Virus record (IMG/VR): IMGVR_UViG_3300044694_000083
Coordinates: 1 to 64,000 of that record
Source: a virus
Taxonomy: Duplodnaviria; Caudoviricetes
Direction: 5' to 3' (one strand)
Length of the DNA stretch: 64,000 bases
A program made the position numbers and the translations under genes. How positions within the stretch are numbered: position 1 is the first letter of the stretch; each line of letters starts with the position of its first letter. The notes under the pieces were generated by a model. It did not search any database and was not told the DNA's origin. It was given only the letters and a program-made list of their open reading frames with translations. Of this stretch, positions 44,952 through 54,057 are shown piece after piece.

Positions 44952-47849
44952 ATGGCCAAATTACCAGACGAGGTTGTTAAAAAGGCGCGCGAGGCAGACA
45001 TCGTAAATCTCATTGAGAATTACGGCGTCAAGCTCGATCGAGCCGGTCACGAATTCAAAGCGCTGTGCCCATTCCACAGCGAGAAGTCTCCTAGCTTTAC
45101 GGTTACTCCGGACGTCGAGAACTCTGGTCTAGGCCGTTACCACTGCTTCGGCTGTGGTGCAGCAGGAGGGACCATTCAGTTCGTAATGGACTATGAGTCT
45201 GTCGATTTTCGCACCGCGGTTGAGAAGATCACAGGCGTGGTCGAGACAGACACAGCCCCGCGAGAACGTCGCACCATAGAACGCGAGCAGCAAGACCTGT
45301 GGCTGCCGCTGTCAGTCGTACCGGAGAGGGCGCCGAAGCCCAAGGACATTTTTAACAAGCAGATCAGCGGGCGCTGGACGAAGCTGAAGCCAGCCGGCCG
45401 CTGGGAGTACTTTGACCCGGCCGGCGGCCTGATTGGCTACATCTACCGCTTCGACCTGCCCGGCGGCGGCAAGGAAGTGATTCCGCAGACGTACTGTGTC
45501 AACCAGACCACGGGCGAGATGGAGTGGAAGTGGCAGTCGTTCGGCAAGCCGCGCCCTATCTACGGTCTCAACCGCTTGGCTGCCAATCCGGACGCCCAGG
45601 TCCTGGTCGTCGAGGGCGAGAAGGCCTGCGACGCCGCGCGCGCGCTGTTCCTGGCGGCAGGCGTGCCCGAGTCGAAATTGGTCGTGGCCAGCTGGCCGGG
45701 TGGCGGCAAAGCCATCAAGCATTGCGACTGGACGCCTTTGTACCGGCGCCGGGTGGCGCTGTGGCGCGACGCCGACCAGAAGCCCTATCCGGACATCCAT
45801 GCACTGGCCGGCCAGATGATGCCGTACCTCGAGCAGCCGGGCACCATCGCCATGCGCGACATCTACATGGCAATCCGTCCGCACTGCGATACCATCAAGG
45901 TGGTCCCGGATCCGGTCGGCGTGCCGGACGGCTGGGACCTGGCGGACGAGGCGCCAGCGGGCTTCAACCTGCTGGCGCACATGAAGACGGCGCGCCCGGC
46001 TGCCGAGGTCTATGTCGACCCGGTTCCGGAGCAGGAGACAGAACTCGAGCGGGATACCGTAGCATCACGCGAGGTTCCGCCGTGGGACGACGAGGCCTCA
46101 TTTCCTGCCGAGTCCGCTGCCGCGCCGCCTGCACCAGTGAAGGAGGCGCCGCCGCATGCCGATGACGGCGACAAGTTCGAAGACCCAGCCTTGACGCAAA
46201 ACGGCTACTTCCGCGTGCTGGGCTACGACCATGAGCGCTTCTACTTCCTGCAGTATGAGAAGTGCCAGATCATGGTCTACACCAAGTCCGATTTCAGCGA
46301 GCCGGGCCTAATCGAGCTCGCGCCGTTGGACTGGTGGGAGGGCTATTTCCCGGGCGGGAAAAACCAGAACGGCATCGACAAGCGCGCCGCCATGAACTGG
46401 CTCGTGCGCACGGCTCACAAGCGCGGCGTGTACAGCATGACGCGTCTGCGCGGCCGCGGCGGCTGGACTGACAAGGGTCGCATCGTGTTCCACCATGGCG
46501 ACTTCCTCACGGTCGACGGCAAGCGCCTGCCGATCGCCAAGATGGACAGCTTCTACGTCTACGAGATGGCCGAGGCCCTGCCGGATATCCCAGAGCGCGC
46601 CATGACCTGCGAGGAAGGGCGCGACCTGCTCGACCTGGCGTCGATATTCCGCTGGGCGAAGCCGGCATCGGCCGCGCTGCTGGCCGGCTGGGTGGCGCTG
46701 GCGCCGATCGGCGGCGTCATCAAGTGGCGCCCGCACATCTGGCTGACCGGCGGCGCCGGATCCGGCAAGACGACCGTGCTCAATGCGTTCGTGCACCATC
46801 TCATGAACGGTATGGACCTGTTCGCCCAAGGTAATTCGACTGAGGCCGGCATGCGCCAGGAGCTCAAGGGCGACGCGCGGCCGGTGCTGTTCGACGAGTC
46901 TGAAAGCCAGGAGGAGCGCGAGCGCCTGCGCATCCAGCAGGTGCTCGCCATGATCCGCCAGGCATCGAGCGAGAGCCAGGCGAAGACCTACAAGGGCACG
47001 GCCGGCGGCGACGCCATGGCCTTCCACATCCGGTCCATGTTCTGCCTGGCCTCGATCCAGGTCGGCATCAAGTACCAAGCTGACATCGAGCGTATGACGG
47101 TGTTGGCGCTGCAGCCAAAGCACACGGATCCAGAGCCGGAGGAGACCTGGAAGCGCATGAGTGAGGCGCTGTACGTCATGCAGCGCGATGAATCGCTGCC
47201 GGGCCGCCTCATTCGCCGTTCGCTGGACCTGCTGCCGATCACGCTCAAGAACATCGCGACGTTCTCCGAGGCCGCGGCGATCCGCTTCGGCAGTCAGCGC
47301 GACGGCGACCAGTACGGCACGCTACTGGCCGGCGCCTGGTCGCTGATCTCGCGCGAGCTGGCCACGCGCGAGGCCGCGCTGATGATGATCGACATGTACG
47401 ACTGGTCCGAGCACCGCGAGAACAACGAGACCGACGAGGGCGAGCGCGCGCTGGCCTCGCTCATGGGTGCGCTGGTGCGCATCTCCGGATCGGCGGAGGT
47501 GACCGTCAACGAGCTGATCCGGACGGCGAAGAGCTACCACGTCGATGGAATTACGATGACCAACGCCAGCGCCGAAGCGGTGCTGCAGCGCCATGGCATG
47601 CGCATCGACGGCAATCGCCTGGTGTTGTCGAACTCGTCGGGCGAGCTCAGGCGCCTGATGTCCGGCACGCCGTTCGAGTCCGACCTGCGCGGCGTGCTGC
47701 TGCGCCTGCGCGGCGCCGATCGCTACAACAACCGGTCGGTGAAATTCAACGGCGTGAACTCGAAGGCAATCTCGATTCCGCTCGATGGGCTGCTCGACGA
47801 CGATCCGGTTTTGCCTGTGCCGGCCGACGATGACCGGGTGCCGTTCTGA
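44952..47849 (+). CDS. DNA primase (CHC2 zinc finger plus TOPRIM) fused to a P-loop NTPase
   Basis: CPFH.EKSPSF..CFGCG; VVEGEK; DAD; GWDLAD; GGAGSGKTT. Confidence 0.88.
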   Translation: MAKLPDEVVKKAREADIVNLIENYGVKLDRAGHEFKALCPFHSEKSPSFTVTPDVENSGLGRYHCFGCGAAGGTIQFVMDYESVDFRTAVEKITGVVETDTAPRERRTIEREQQDLWLPLSVVPERAPKPKDIFNKQISGRWTKLKPAGRWEYFDPAGGLIGYIYRFDLPGGGKEVIPQTYCVNQTTGEMEWKWQSFGKPRPIYGLNRLAANPDAQVLVVEGEKACDAARALFLAAGVPESKLVVASWPGGGKAIKHCDWTPLYRRRVALWRDADQKPYPDIHALAGQMMPYLEQPGTIAMRDIYMAIRPHCDTIKVVPDPVGVPDGWDLADEAPAGFNLLAHMKTARPAAEVYVDPVPEQETELERDTVASREVPPWDDEASFPAESAAAPPAPVKEAPPHADDGDKFEDPALTQNGYFRVLGYDHERFYFLQYEKCQIMVYTKSDFSEPGLIELAPLDWWEGYFPGGKNQNGIDKRAAMNWLVRTAHKRGVYSMTRLRGRGGWTDKGRIVFHHGDFLTVDGKRLPIAKMDSFYVYEMAEALPDIPERAMTCEEGRDLLDLASIFRWAKPASAALLAGWVALAPIGGVIKWRPHIWLTGGAGSGKTTVLNAFVHHLMNGMDLFAQGNSTEAGMRQELKGDARPVLFDESESQEERERLRIQQVLAMIRQASSESQAKTYKGTAGGDAMAFHIRSMFCLASIQVGIKYQADIERMTVLALQPKHTDPEPEETWKRMSEALYVMQRDESLPGRLIRRSLDLLPITLKNIATFSEAAAIRFGSQRDGDQYGTLLAGAWSLISRELATREAALMMIDMYDWSEHRENNETDEGERALASLMGALVRISGSAEVTVNELIRTAKSYHVDGITMTNASAEAVLQRHGMRIDGNRLVLSNSSGELRRLMSGTPFESDLRGVLLRLRGADRYNNRSVKFNGVNSKAISIPLDGLLDDDPVLPVPADDDRVPF

Positions 47850-48223
47850 TGGCCGCCGCGATCACCGTCACCGGGAAGTTCGTCAAGGACTTCGAATTTT
47901 ACTGCGCTCGCGCCGGGATCCTCGGCCGCGAGCAGCAGCAGCTGCGCGACGCGGTGCGGCGCGACTTCGCGACCGTCGGCACGTGGGTGGCCGAGATGGC
48001 GGACGTTTATCGCTTCATGGATGAGACCTGGGGCTATATGCCGTCGGTCGAGTACTGCCAGGGTTACCTGGCGGCGCGCGGTTGGTGGCCGGAGGATGAG
48101 ACTGTCTTCCAGCGCTGTGGCATCCTGCTGCTCGTGCGCCTGTGCGCGCAGGCCGCCGGCGTCATTCCGCCGGACGCATCCCAAACAAGGCTGCCGTCAC
48201 CGGATCCGGCTCCGGAATCCTGA
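47849..48223 (+). CDS. Hypothetical protein
   Basis: TGATG coupling to the primase gene. Confidence 0.6.
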   Translation: MAAAITVTGKFVKDFEFYCARAGILGREQQQLRDAVRRDFATVGTWVAEMADVYRFMDETWGYMPSVEYCQGYLAARGWWPEDETVFQRCGILLLVRLCAQAAGVIPPDASQTRLPSPDPAPES

Positions 48224-48515
48224 ACGGCTGCGGCGCGCGGGAGATCGCAGGATCGCTCTTTTTCGCGCGCGGCAGTCGCACGTCCTTCCCTTTCCCAAAC
48301 CGGTAAATCGGCTCGCCAGCGTATGGCGTGTGCCCGCATATGTGGATCAGCTTGTGGTCGCGCAGGTACTGGATCGCGCTTCGGGTATTACTCTCTCGGC
48401 GCCCGTTCAGGTCGACCAGCTCGGCAAGCGACCGGTCGAATTGCTCAATGGCGCGCAGAAGGACGAACGCCCTCTCGTGGAGGGGCGTCTTCGGGGTGGG
48501 AATCGTGGTGGTCAT
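48162..48515 (-). CDS. Hypothetical protein, possible wHTH
   Basis: IHICG...Y..G.G.D, DPVTAALFG. Confidence 0.55.
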   Translation of the reverse strand: MTTTIPTPKTPLHERAFVLLRAIEQFDRSLAELVDLNGRRESNTRSAIQYLRDHKLIHICGHTPYAGEPIYRFGKGKDVRLPRAKKSDPAISRAPQPFRIPEPDPVTAALFGMRPAE

Positions 48516-48592
48516 GATCTCGGGCGGGTGGTGCCGGAGACCCGTCCGGCGCGGCTACAGGGCCCGCCGGCCCTGAGTTATAAATGGTGCTG

Positions 48593-48715
48593 TCACGGAG
48601 CGCGGCGTGACCAGAGCGGGTCGTCAAGCAGGCAGACGGCCAGGATGCACAGGGCGAGGCCGAGCCAGCAGACCCACAGGTTGCGGTCGAGGAAAGCGAA
48701 CAGGCGCGCGATCAT
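48593..48715 (-). CDS. 40-aa single-TM microprotein
   Basis: GGAGG RBS, ATGA overlap; MIARLFAFLDRNLWVCWLGLALCILAVCLLDDPLWSRRAP. Confidence 0.55.
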   Translation of the reverse strand: MIARLFAFLDRNLWVCWLGLALCILAVCLLDDPLWSRRAP

Positions 48716-48954
48716 ACGGCCTCCGCGTCGGTGAGAGCTTCGGTGGCGATCTTCGCGAACACGTCGCGGCCTGGGGCGTTGGCGGCCAGCTCGATTATCG
48801 TACGCATGGCCGCGACGAGGGTTTCATGCGCGTTACAGGACTTGGCTACGTAGGCAGCCATCTCTGGCGATGCGCACTCGGCTTTGATGATCGCGCTCTC
48901 GGTCGTATGAACGTTCTTTCCGTCTGCTTTCAGCTTGGAGTGGAAGGGTTTCAT
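48712..48954 (-). CDS. Hypothetical protein
   Basis: AAGGA RBS. Confidence 0.65.
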   Translation of the reverse strand: MKPFHSKLKADGKNVHTTESAIIKAECASPEMAAYVAKSCNAHETLVAAMRTIIELAANAPGRDVFAKIATEALTDAEAV

Positions 48955-49000
48955 ATGGTCCTTTCGTCATGCGCCCACCGAAGCGGGCGCGGGGTTGGTG

Positions 49001-49201
49001 TTAGGCGGCGGCGCGGGCGCAATCCGAACGGTGGCGCGCAAACGAATGGGCCTCGCCGAACTGCTGGCGGGTTGCGATTACTTCGCCGTCAGCGCCGTCC
49101 GTGATGCGGTAGTCGTTTTTGCCAGCATGCCAAACGGTGAAATGGCCGGCAGCGCCTGCGAACTTCCAACCTTCTGCGCGTTGCGGGATTTTCTTTGCCA
49201 T
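49001..49201 (-). CDS. Hypothetical protein
   Basis: GGAG RBS; promoter/operator at ~49248-49266. Confidence 0.65.
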   Translation of the reverse strand: MAKKIPQRAEGWKFAGAAGHFTVWHAGKNDYRITDGADGEVIATRQQFGEAHSFARHRSDCARAAA

Positions 49202-49296
49202 GTTCTTCTCCAGTTCTCGCCGCGCCCAGTGCGCCGCCCATGTAAGTAATATACATCAAATTTGATACACTGTGTCGGTTTGTTGCTGCGATGACG

Positions 49297-49331
49297 CAAA
49301 AAAGCCCGGGTACCATCTGGTATCCCGGGCT
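49297..49331 (-). terminator. Terminator after thyA
   Basis: AGCCCGGG...CCCGGGCT followed by a T-run on the minus strand. Confidence 0.75.
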
Positions 49332-49350
49332 ATCCTGGCGCGCGGCCGCG

Positions 49351-50214
49351 TCAGCCGGTGACCATCTCCACGCGCGGCGCCTTGAGATCCGTGCACTGGT
49401 AGCCGATCAGCCGAATGTCGTACGGATTGACCGCTGCCAGCTCGTCGGCCGTGGCGCCGAAAAGCTGCGGGTAAATCTGGAGCACCGGCGGCGCAAGGTG
49501 CTCGTTGCCCAGCTGCTCGCGCACGGCGTCGATCGCGTTCTCGTAGATGTGTGGCTCGTCGATGTGGTGCGTCAGCCAGCGCGGGCGCAGGCCGGTAGCG
49601 GCCGCGAACAGGTGCAGCAGCAGCGCGGCGCCGGCAATGTTCATGGGCACGCCAAGGAACATGTCGGCCGAGCGCTGGTACATCGACATGTTGAGCTCGC
49701 CGGCCGCGACGTTCACCTGGAAGCGGTAGAGCACGTGGCAGGGCGGCAGGGCCATCTTTTCCAGCTCGTCAGGGTTCCATGCGCTGAAGAGGATTCGTCG
49801 GCTCGTCGGGTTAGTGCGGATCGCGTCGAGCGCTGCCTGGACCTGGTCGATGTACGTTCCGTCGGCGCGGGGCCAGCGGCGCCACAGGTAGCCGTACACG
49901 TGGCCGAGGTCGCCCGGGCCCTTGCGGTAGGGACTGCTGAGCCATTCGGTGTTGGTGTTCGCGTCCTTGCGCCACCAGCTGCAGCCGAGCTCGGCGAAGT
50001 GCTCGGCGTTCGTGTAGCCGCGCAGGAAACCGATGATCTCGCCACGGATCCCGGCGAAGTGCAGCCGCTTCGTGGTAATGGCCGGGAAGCCGTCGCGCAT
50101 GTCGAAGCGCAGCGTGGTGCCGTAGGGCAGGGTCAGCGCGGCCGAGGTGGTGCGGTTCTCCTGGCGGTAGCCGTTCGTCAGGACGTCGGAAAGCAGGGCG
50201 TGGTATTGGCGCAT
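49351..50214 (-). CDS. thyA: Thymidylate synthase
   Basis: FP..TTKR, YG..WR, IDQ, SRR, ALPPCH, YQRSAD..LG.P.N, HIY. Confidence 0.92.
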   Translation of the reverse strand: MRQYHALLSDVLTNGYRQENRTTSAALTLPYGTTLRFDMRDGFPAITTKRLHFAGIRGEIIGFLRGYTNAEHFAELGCSWWRKDANTNTEWLSSPYRKGPGDLGHVYGYLWRRWPRADGTYIDQVQAALDAIRTNPTSRRILFSAWNPDELEKMALPPCHVLYRFQVNVAAGELNMSMYQRSADMFLGVPMNIAGAALLLHLFAAATGLRPRWLTHHIDEPHIYENAIDAVREQLGNEHLAPPVLQIYPQLFGATADELAAVNPYDIRLIGYQCTDLKAPRVEMVTG

Positions 50215-50302
50215 GGTCTTTTCAGGTTGGCGCCGGCGGGCCGGCGCTGGTTGGTCGGATGAAGCATCGAAAATTGTACATCACCCGGGCTATTCTGGTA
50301 GG

Positions 50303-50818
50303 CTATGTGGTAGCAGCCTCTTTTACGGCGGTCACGATGCGCATGAGGTAGGTCCAGTCGGGATGAGGCTTCTCGGGCAGCGCGCAGTGCCAGTCGTCGC
50401 CGATCAGCTCGACGAGCAGGTTGCTGCGGATGTGGTACGGGTGTTCGAAGTCCATGCTCTCGATCTCGTCCCACATCTCGCGGGCGCGGCGCTTCGTGAT
50501 GCCGCTCAGGTAGGCGCGGCGCTCCTTGAGCAGCTCGCGCTTCAGCATCGCTTCGAAGCCGTCCGGGTCGTAGACGCTGGACTGGATCTCGGCCCCGCGC
50601 GCGAGGCAACCGGTCAGGTAGTCGGTGCTGACGCTGCGCAGGAACTCGCCCAGCGTGGCGCCCATGCCGCCCCAGTATGCCGACCACGAGCGGCCGTAGC
50701 ACTCGACGATCATCTTGCCCTGGTTCGGGCCGAGGTCTTCGAGGAACACGGTGATCGGGTCGAGGCGCGGCACGTCGGTGATCAGCAGCTTAGTGACCTG
50801 GCTGCGCTCGACCTTCAT
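50303..50818 (-). CDS. Hypothetical phage protein
   Basis: LDPITVFLED..G...ECYG.SW..YWG.MG; ATGA overlap. Confidence 0.7.
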   Translation of the reverse strand: MKVERSQVTKLLITDVPRLDPITVFLEDLGPNQGKMIVECYGRSWSAYWGGMGATLGEFLRSVSTDYLTGCLARGAEIQSSVYDPDGFEAMLKRELLKERRAYLSGITKRRAREMWDEIESMDFEHPYHIRSNLLVELIGDDWHCALPEKPHPDWTYLMRIVTAVKEAATT

Positions 50819-51237
50819 GCGGCACCTGTGGCGGCCAGGGCGGCGCGGGCATTCGCAAACCATTCGTCCTGGTCGTCTGCGACAGCTTCGTCGATAGCAC
50901 GCTGAAGCGCGGCCACCAGCTGCGCCTCGCGGGCCTTGGCGGCGGCGAGCGCAGTGCGCGCTTCGATGCGGTCCTGCTCCAGCACGACCAGGTCGATTCC
51001 GTTGCGCTCGATGTTCTCGGTGCTGAAGGCTTGCAGCGCGTTCCAGCATGCTGCGAGGCGGCGGGCGTCGGCGGCGCTGATGGCGTCGAGCTCGTCGCCG
51101 ACGTGGCCCAGCATGGCGATCAGGCCCTGTGGCTGCCCCTCGATCCCAACGCAGTGTTGCTGTGATGCGCGTCCGTCGATCGTGATGATTTCGTTGGTGA
51201 TGCCGGCCGCGAGGCGGCCCTGGCTGTGGTTGGTCAT
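50815..51237 (-). CDS. Hypothetical protein
   Basis: ARRLAACWNA motif; RBS. Confidence 0.65.
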   Translation of the reverse strand: MTNHSQGRLAAGITNEIITIDGRASQQHCVGIEGQPQGLIAMLGHVGDELDAISAADARRLAACWNALQAFSTENIERNGIDLVVLEQDRIEARTALAAAKAREAQLVAALQRAIDEAVADDQDEWFANARAALAATGAA

Positions 51238-51302
51238 ACCTTCCTTTCTTTGCGCCAGTGCGGCGCGTGGGAGCCGGCGGCCGGCCGGCGCGGCGTGTTA
51301 TG

Positions 51303-51674
51303 TTAGGACGGCAAGTCTTCCGGCGTCTTGCCATTCTGGAGTGGCAGGCTCGCGGGTGCATGTGCAGGCGGCGGCAGGTTCTTGTTCGTGATGGTGGACA
51401 GGTCGAAGCCGTCGAGCATGGCACGCTGAACCCAGCCCAGCACGAAGGAGCCGATACGGTACTTCTCGGGCAGATTGCGCGCGTCGAACTGTTCGTCCAT
51501 GGCGCCGAGTTGGCCGGCGTCCTCGCGCGCCTCGCCGTCGACGGCCTCGGGATCAGTGGTGAACCAGAACTCGCGGGTGAGGCGGTTGCACCAGCGCAGA
51601 GTGCGGTAGATGGTTACGCCGTTGAGGCGGCAAGCCATGTAGTCAGTGGCGTTGATCGTCTTCTGCGATTTCAT
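51303..51674 (-). CDS. Hypothetical protein
   Basis: AAGGA RBS. Confidence 0.6.
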   Translation of the reverse strand: MKSQKTINATDYMACRLNGVTIYRTLRWCNRLTREFWFTTDPEAVDGEAREDAGQLGAMDEQFDARNLPEKYRIGSFVLGWVQRAMLDGFDLSTITNKNLPPPAHAPASLPLQNGKTPEDLPS

Positions 51675-51715
51675 ACAGTCCTTTCGGTGGGCCCCGCCGG
51701 AGCGGGGACGGGTTG

Positions 51716-51946
51716 TTAGGCAGCGTAGTCGAGCTCAAGGCGACGCCGCGCCATGTAGGCCTGGTTCGCCGCGTGCCGGCGCGCCAGGATCCCGGCGTCG
51801 CGGCGGATGTTGACCTGGCCGTGCCACCACGGCGCAGCCCGGCCACAGGTGACGGCGTCGCCGATCTCGTCGAACGAGCCGAGCACGGCGCCATCCTCAT
51901 CGACGACGTCGAACAGTTTGCCGCTGGGGTTGGTGCCGTTGAACAT
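51716..51946 (-). CDS. Hypothetical protein
   Basis: GGAG RBS. Confidence 0.6.
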   Translation of the reverse strand: MFNGTNPSGKLFDVVDEDGAVLGSFDEIGDAVTCGRAAPWWHGQVNIRRDAGILARRHAANQAYMARRRLELDYAA

Positions 51947-51985
51947 GGTATCTCCAGGTGGGCCCGGCGGACCGGGCGGGGTTGG

Positions 51986-52171
51986 TCAAGCGGTGATTTG
52001 GATCGGTGCGATCAGAGCATCGACGCCACGTTTTTTCAGGAAGCGGACGACGCGCATTGCCTTGACGCGGTCCATCAGGCGCATCTTGTGACCGACCTGC
52101 TTCGTGGATTGACCGGCGTCCTGTTCGTAGCGGACCTGGTACATCGTGCGCATCTTCTGTTTCGCTGCCAT
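51986..52171 (-). CDS. Hypothetical basic protein
   Basis: AGGAGG RBS; promoter/operator at ~52217-52235. Confidence 0.65.
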   Translation of the reverse strand: MAAKQKMRTMYQVRYEQDAGQSTKQVGHKMRLMDRVKAMRVVRFLKKRGVDALIAPIQITA

Positions 52172-52292
52172 TTTAGCCTCCTGGTTATCTGTCGCTCATC
52201 TCGCGACCACAGAACCATTGTACATCAAATTTGAGTAACGGTGTTGCGGTTGTTCTCGTGCGCGTGCGCATGAGTCTCCTCGCGCGTTTTCT

Positions 52293-52658
52293 GGTTCCTT
52301 GGTTACTGTCGTGAAAAATACGTTTAAAATCAAAGACTTATTGGTAACCAAGCTTGGTTACCTGTTGGTTCGGTGGTTACCTTGGCAGGGAACCTGGAAA
52401 CTGCATGGTTTCGGGCGGTAACCCGTAAGTCGTTGATTTTAAAGTGGTAACCTGGGAACCGAAATCTGGCGCGCAAAACCCCTATAAGTAAAACACACAC
52501 ACCCCTCCACCCCAATGTACATACAACACAACAAAAACACTTCATGGTGTCTTTTATTATATTTATCGGTTACCGTATAGATTTATATAAAAAGAGCCTT
52601 TAAAATCAATGACTTATGCGGTAACCTTGGCTGGTTACCAGCTGGTTCCCTGGTAACC
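52293..52658. repeat. Candidate replication origin: GGTWACC iterons plus three IHF-consensus 18-mers
   Basis: Nine exact GGTWACC copies; TTTAAAATCAANGACTTA at 52323, 52426 (inverted) and 52599; AT-rich core. Confidence 0.65.
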
Positions 52659-52672
52659 ATAGGCCCGGGCGC

Positions 52673-52695
52673 AAAAAAGCCCGCCGAAGCGGGCT
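52673..52695 (-). terminator. Rho-independent terminator
   Basis: AGCCCGC-TTCG-GCGGGCT followed by a T-run on the minus strand. Confidence 0.8.
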
Positions 52696-52698
52696 GGA

Positions 52699-52932
52699 TC
52701 ATGCAACGCACCAGACTCTGCAACCTCCCGGTTCGGCTCTGATGCTGAACTTGCGCCCCGTGCTACGTGACCAGCGGGTGCTGTAAGTTCGGATGTTGGC
52801 GACCATCCTCTCGTCGCCATCGACCCAGAAGCAGTCGCCCACGCTCATCTGCCGGTAGGGAAACTTCGGGGCCGGTCCCGTTCGCTGGCAGGACACCTCG
52901 GGCATGTGGCGCCCTCTCTCGATTGCGTACAT
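52699..52932 (-). CDS. Small putative DNA-binding protein
   Basis: KFPY..M.VGD.F...G.RVW; GGAG RBS; promoter motif GTCGTGAA GT AAGTAT at 52978-52963. Confidence 0.65.
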   Translation of the reverse strand: MYAIERGRHMPEVSCQRTGPAPKFPYRQMSVGDCFWVDGDERMVANIRTYSTRWSRSTGRKFSIRAEPGGCRVWCVA

Positions 52933-53107
52933 ATGGATCTCTCCTATTCATTGTGTATCTCTATACTTACTTCACGACCTATTTGCATCACGTGTTATCC
53001 CGATGTGTCTGTTCGATACATCACTTTCCTGTTTGTATTACTGTATTTGAGGAAACTTTCGGTGATATAATTGATCAATTCCAATACGGACACGGCGCGG
53101 GGGTGCT

Positions 53108-53635
53108 ATGGGGGCGGTGATCTACTTCGAGAGGCCGGAGCTGCCTGGCGTGCCGGCATTCCGCTGCGAACGGCTGCGGGCAACGCTGTCCGTGGCGAAC
53201 TGCGCGGACATGTGGCGCAAAGGGAACCACGACAACATCGAGCGGCTGGCCAGGTGTAAAACGTGTCCGACCGGCGCCGTGCACGCGGGCGAGACCGCAG
53301 CCAGCATGAGTCCGTTCATGGGCGCGTGCGTGTGCGCCAGGTGCCAGCAGACCGCGCCGCGGCTGATCGGCAAACACCTGTGCGTGTCCTGCTACAACCG
53401 CCAGCGCGAGGCCATCGTCGGCAAGAACAGCAAGGGCACGCGCCCGACTAAGCTCAAGCCGCTGGGTAGGCGCACGGTGCGGTACTTCGCCGACGGTGCG
53501 CCCATCATGCTCACGATCGACCACACCGTGGACACGACGGAGATGATCGTGGCCGTGCTGCGTGACTCGAAGAAGCGCGCGACGTTCTCGTTCCTCGGCA
53601 TGCCGCGCGGGATCCCGCAGGGGAGGCTCTTCTGA
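53108..53635 (+). CDS. Cys-rich zinc-binding protein
   Basis: Multiple CxxC motifs; TATAAT upstream. Confidence 0.65.
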   Translation: MGAVIYFERPELPGVPAFRCERLRATLSVANCADMWRKGNHDNIERLARCKTCPTGAVHAGETAASMSPFMGACVCARCQQTAPRLIGKHLCVSCYNRQREAIVGKNSKGTRPTKLKPLGRRTVRYFADGAPIMLTIDHTVDTTEMIVAVLRDSKKRATFSFLGMPRGIPQGRLF

Positions 53636-53934
53636 TGGCTTCGACCCCGACCAACGAGGGCAAGTTGCTGTGGGAGCTCTCGCCCCACGTCTGCCGCATC
53701 TGCTTCGCGCGCGTCCTCCAGCGCACCACGTTCGACCGCCGCAAGGTGTACCGCTGCTCAAGCTGCGAGACGGAGGCCGAGGGCCCGGGGCCGCAGGTCC
53801 TGTGCTGCTGCGGCATCAAGGTGCGCGGTACGCGTGACGCCGGCGTGCGCTGTGTGCCGAACCCGCGCCGCACGCCGGAGAACCCGGCGCAGTACGTGGC
53901 CGAGCAGGTGACCGCACCTGGTGCTGGTGCGTAG
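53635..53934 (+). CDS. Cys-rich zinc-binding protein
   Basis: CRIC, CSSC, CCCG; TGATG coupling. Confidence 0.65.
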   Translation: MASTPTNEGKLLWELSPHVCRICFARVLQRTTFDRRKVYRCSSCETEAEGPGPQVLCCCGIKVRGTRDAGVRCVPNPRRTPENPAQYVAEQVTAPGAGA

Positions 53935-54057
53935 GAAATTAATCATATAAAATACACGAACCAGAGAGCAAGTCAGGGCGTCAGGCGCATAAGTGGCCGG
54001 CCCGCCTGGTGTTTTTCACAACCCTTCAACTTTCGGGCGCCTATCGGGCGCGAGACC

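Noticed and set aside
49351-50214. Base-modification (dCMP hydroxymethylase) pathway
   Set aside because: The dUMP-specifying Asn is retained (LGVPMN) and no glycosyltransferase, kinase or polymerase partners were seen.
48712-52171. C-terminal Ala-Ala ends as ssrA-like ClpXP degrons (e.g. ...LDYAA)
   Set aside because: Ala-rich ends are expected from high GC and overlapping RBS sequences; cannot be distinguished from chance without statistics.
52308-52324. Additional promoter-motif copy GTCGTGAA
   Set aside because: Spacing to a -10-like hexamer is off by one and no gene follows; it lies within the iteron region.
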